Assembly (NCBI GenBank): GCA_965116925.1 | Contig: OZ220744.1 | Location: 768,001 to 832,000, forward strand | Direction: 5' to 3' | Origin: Candidatus Poribacteria bacterium | Lineage (GTDB): Bacteria; Poribacteria; WGA-4E; PCPOR2b | Length of the DNA stretch: 64,000 nt | Shown: piece after piece, positions 61,424 through 64,000 of the stretch | Numbering within the stretch: the first letter of the stretch is position 1 | Layout of the letters: each line of letters opens with the position of its first letter | Made by a program: the position numbers and the translations under genes | The notes under the pieces: model-generated | What the model was told of the DNA's origin: nothing | Database searches by the model: none | What the model saw: only the letters and a program-made list of their open reading frames with translations

Positions 61424-64000
61424 ATGATAACCACGCTGACCAAAGGACAAATTTCTCTGCCAATTGACCATGAGATCCGCACCCGCCTTGAGGGGGGTCG
61501 TGCGGATACGTTTCTGCATATTGTTCCCACCGATCATGCCCGCCTCAAATGGTGCCGTGAATATCTGAAAAACACCCCAAACCGAGCCGCCGCAGGCTTG
61601 CACATCTATACTCTTGATGACCTTGTCCGGCGATTTTTTTATAGCAATCTTAATAGGGGACGTAGACACACCGGCGTGGGGATCCAAACAGTATGGACAC
61701 ATGAAATCATGGATGAGGAGCAATTCCCGTTTTTGAAGCCGCAGCCCGAAACTCGCGTACCCCAAGGAACCGCAAGGCAGTTGAGAGAAGCAGTTAACCA
61801 ACTCAGGAGAAACGGCGTAGATTGGCAGCAGCTACAGAAAGATTCAGTTCCAGACGATGTGGAGACCTCTAGTAAACTGGCGGACCTAATTACTTTTTAT
61901 AAAGCATACGAGAGGCGTCTTGGTTCAGAATGGGTCGATCGTGCGGGCATCCATCGCGCTGTCTCCGAATACTTGACTCGGATCCCTGACCGTGCAGAAA
62001 GGTTAATGAAGAAAATTTTTCCCAACGTTGATTTGGTAGTTGTCAGTGGTTTCGATGCGTTGTTCCCTCACGATGCTGCAATTCTAACTGGCATTGCTAA
62101 CCTGCCATCAATAAAAATGGGTGTTCTCCTTGACTACGATGAAGGGAACGAATCCCTGTTTGGACATATCAAAGCTGACTATGACCGATTCCTGAGTTGC
62201 GGATTTGAGAGGCATGGCGGGGAGCTAGAAACCCCTGACGCGGTCCGCAATGTGCACTTTGCCCGAAATCTGTTTTACACTGATCTGCCACAGGATTCTG
62301 CAATTGAGAAGCTAGCACTTACAGATCAGATCTCCCTATTGTACCCGTCAAACCGCCTCCGGGAGGTAGAGGAAATTGCCAAGTTAATCAAGCGACTTGC
62401 ATTGAACCAGTCCTCACCTGCGTTGAATCAGATATGCGTCACGTTTAACAGGCTAGATGCATACGCACCGCTCATTCGTGAGATCTTTCCCCTTCACGGT
62501 ATCCCCTACACCTTGGACTGGAGCGAAAAGCTTGAAAATTCTACCGTCGTTGTCTCTGTTTTTACCTTACTGGAGTTGCTCCAAGGAGGTGCGCCGCCCC
62601 AGACTCGGGAGAAGGTTTTGCGGAGTCCATATTTTCATACTAATGATTGGGACGCTGTGATTGAGGGGTGCGGCTTAAAGGCAAAGTTGTCGCCGGAGGA
62701 TTTTCGAGAATCCTTCGATCTATTGATGGATACCCTCAAAGTCCGTCAGCAGATTCTGAAGGGCAGTTGGGAATCCAAAACGAGGTTTGCAGCGCACAAG
62801 ATGAACGCCTATCGCGAATTCCGCAGGCTCATTGATGAATTGGTTGAGTCCTTGATAACCGATCATGGGGCCGAAGTGTCTCACTCGTTTGAGAGCTATA
62901 TCCGTCGTCTCAGATTGATGATTTCAGAATCCACTTATCGGTGGGGTAATCCAAGCGACAAAGGGGTTGCTATCCTACCGCTTAATCAGACGCAGGACCT
63001 TGCTTTTGATACCGTTATCTTAGGTGGTTTGGTTGACGGCGAATTCCCTGCGGCCTTCCGTGCTGACACCTTTCTGCCTTCTAGCCAAAGGGAAACGGAA
63101 TCGGATCGTCTGCACGAAGACCGCTTCCTTTTCTATCAAGCCCTCACCCTCTATCGCAAACAACTGTACCTCCTGAGTCCCCAGCATGATGGCGATGTGG
63201 AATTAGTGCCCTCCGCATTTATTGACGAGCTGCAACGCATCGCCAAGATTAAGACCTCCACGGACTATGACAAAACCCTTTTTAGTACGGAGAATTTCCT
63301 CAAAAATTATGGGGCGTTCGTTTGGGAACGTTCGGAAACGGAGGATGTAGAGGAACCTAATCTCCCTTCGACGATTTTGCCGACGCTTCCGTTGATTGTG
63401 CACAACATCCGGGTCGAAAAGAGCCGTACAGTCACGCAGGAATCCACGCAGAAACTCCTACAGTATGAAGGGCGTCTTCTCCCGAACTTGCTGTCCCAGT
63501 CAAGCCGTCGTACGCTTGAACAACGACGTGACAGAACGTATTCGGTGAGTCAATTAGAAACCTATGGTGAGTGCCCGTTCCGATACTTCTCCAATCGGGT
63601 ATTGAATCTCAACATAGCCGAAGATGAGGAAACAGAGCTAACAAGCATGAAGAAGGGGAGCTTGGCGCACAAAATTCTGTTTGAGTTTTACGATCTCCGT
63701 CGTGACGAATCGCCGATTGCTGCATGTGAAGATGCGGAGTTTGAGGGAGCAGTCAATTTGCTTAGACAAATCGCACGAAACCATCTGGCGGCGGAGGAGG
63801 CTCAACGTCCTCTCAACCGGGCGGACAAGTTGTTTTGGGATATTGAGGTGGAAAGGTTGATCGGCGGGCACGGCAGGACCGGCATCTTGCCCGCATTCCT
63901 TGAAGCAGAGCGGGAACGAGATCTTGAGGTACAACCCCGTTATTTTGAAGTTGAGTTTGGCCCCAGTGTCAGATCAGAACCAGCTGACCCACAACTTGGC
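61424..64000 (+). CDS. AddB/RexB-like helicase-nuclease subunit with PD-(D/E)XK domain (runs off window; absent from ORF track)
   Basis: Read by hand, same frame at spot checks: FLHIVPT, FDTVILGGLVDGEFP, SVSQLETYGECPFRYF, KGSLAHKIL, PRYFEVEFG. Confidence 0.8.
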   Translation, partial: MITTLTKGQISLPIDHEIRTRLEGGRADTFLHIVPTDHARLKWCREYLKNTPNRAAAGLHIYTLDDLVRRFFYSNLNRGRRHTGVGIQTVWTHEIMDEEQFPFLKPQPETRVPQGTARQLREAVNQLRRNGVDWQQLQKDSVPDDVETSSKLADLITFYKAYERRLGSEWVDRAGIHRAVSEYLTRIPDRAERLMKKIFPNVDLVVVSGFDALFPHDAAILTGIANLPSIKMGVLLDYDEGNESLFGHIKADYDRFLSCGFERHGGELETPDAVRNVHFARNLFYTDLPQDSAIEKLALTDQISLLYPSNRLREVEEIAKLIKRLALNQSSPALNQICVTFNRLDAYAPLIREIFPLHGIPYTLDWSEKLENSTVVVSVFTLLELLQGGAPPQTREKVLRSPYFHTNDWDAVIEGCGLKAKLSPEDFRESFDLLMDTLKVRQQILKGSWESKTRFAAHKMNAYREFRRLIDELVESLITDHGAEVSHSFESYIRRLRLMISESTYRWGNPSDKGVAILPLNQTQDLAFDTVILGGLVDGEFPAAFRADTFLPSSQRETESDRLHEDRFLFYQALTLYRKQLYLLSPQHDGDVELVPSAFIDELQRIAKIKTSTDYDKTLFSTENFLKNYGAFVWERSETEDVEEPNLPSTILPTLPLIVHNIRVEKSRTVTQESTQKLLQYEGRLLPNLLSQSSRRTLEQRRDRTYSVSQLETYGECPFRYFSNRVLNLNIAEDEETELTSMKKGSLAHKILFEFYDLRRDESPIAACEDAEFEGAVNLLRQIARNHLAAEEAQRPLNRADKLFWDIEVERLIGGHGRTGILPAFLEAERERDLEVQPRYFEVEFGPSVRSEPADPQLG

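Noticed and set aside
61373..63934. Short ORFs listed near the window end
   Set aside because: Shadows of one long + strand AddB-like frame that lacks a stop inside the window

Overview
Bacterial chromosomal window. It most resembles Candidatus Poribacteria; this is an inference from the short C-terminal 'SVxPxGKxxTxWGxLK' tails, PhyH, FG-GAP/ASPIC and many sugar-acid enzymes. It holds about 45 CDS. Housekeeping genes are hisB, ackA, hslVU, eno, map, mqnB, miaB, recQ, nadE, ileS and an addB-like gene. Also present are a 2172-aa SprA-like outer-membrane translocon with Gly/Tyr/Phe low-complexity inserts, a tandem array of six secreted TolB-like (PD40) beta-propellers with hypervariable loops, and an MNT-HEPN toxin-antitoxin pair. 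No rRNA, tRNA, cas or transposase gene was seen. Four signals stand out. (1) An unannotated Ile-rich leader peptide with a terminator/antiterminator lies upstream of a GVHH-type ileS. (2) The propeller array looks like a duplicated triplet diversified on one face and carries a candidate secretion tail. (3) The intergenic DNA is built from at least six nested non-autonomous MITE-like families with distinct terminal inverted repeats (TIRs) and target-site duplications (TSDs). They carry interchangeable GTAG-REP hairpins and are strongly strand-polarised. (4) Heptamer arrays are oriented by transcription and bracket intergenic inserts. All calls come from reading motifs by eye; no database searches were run.
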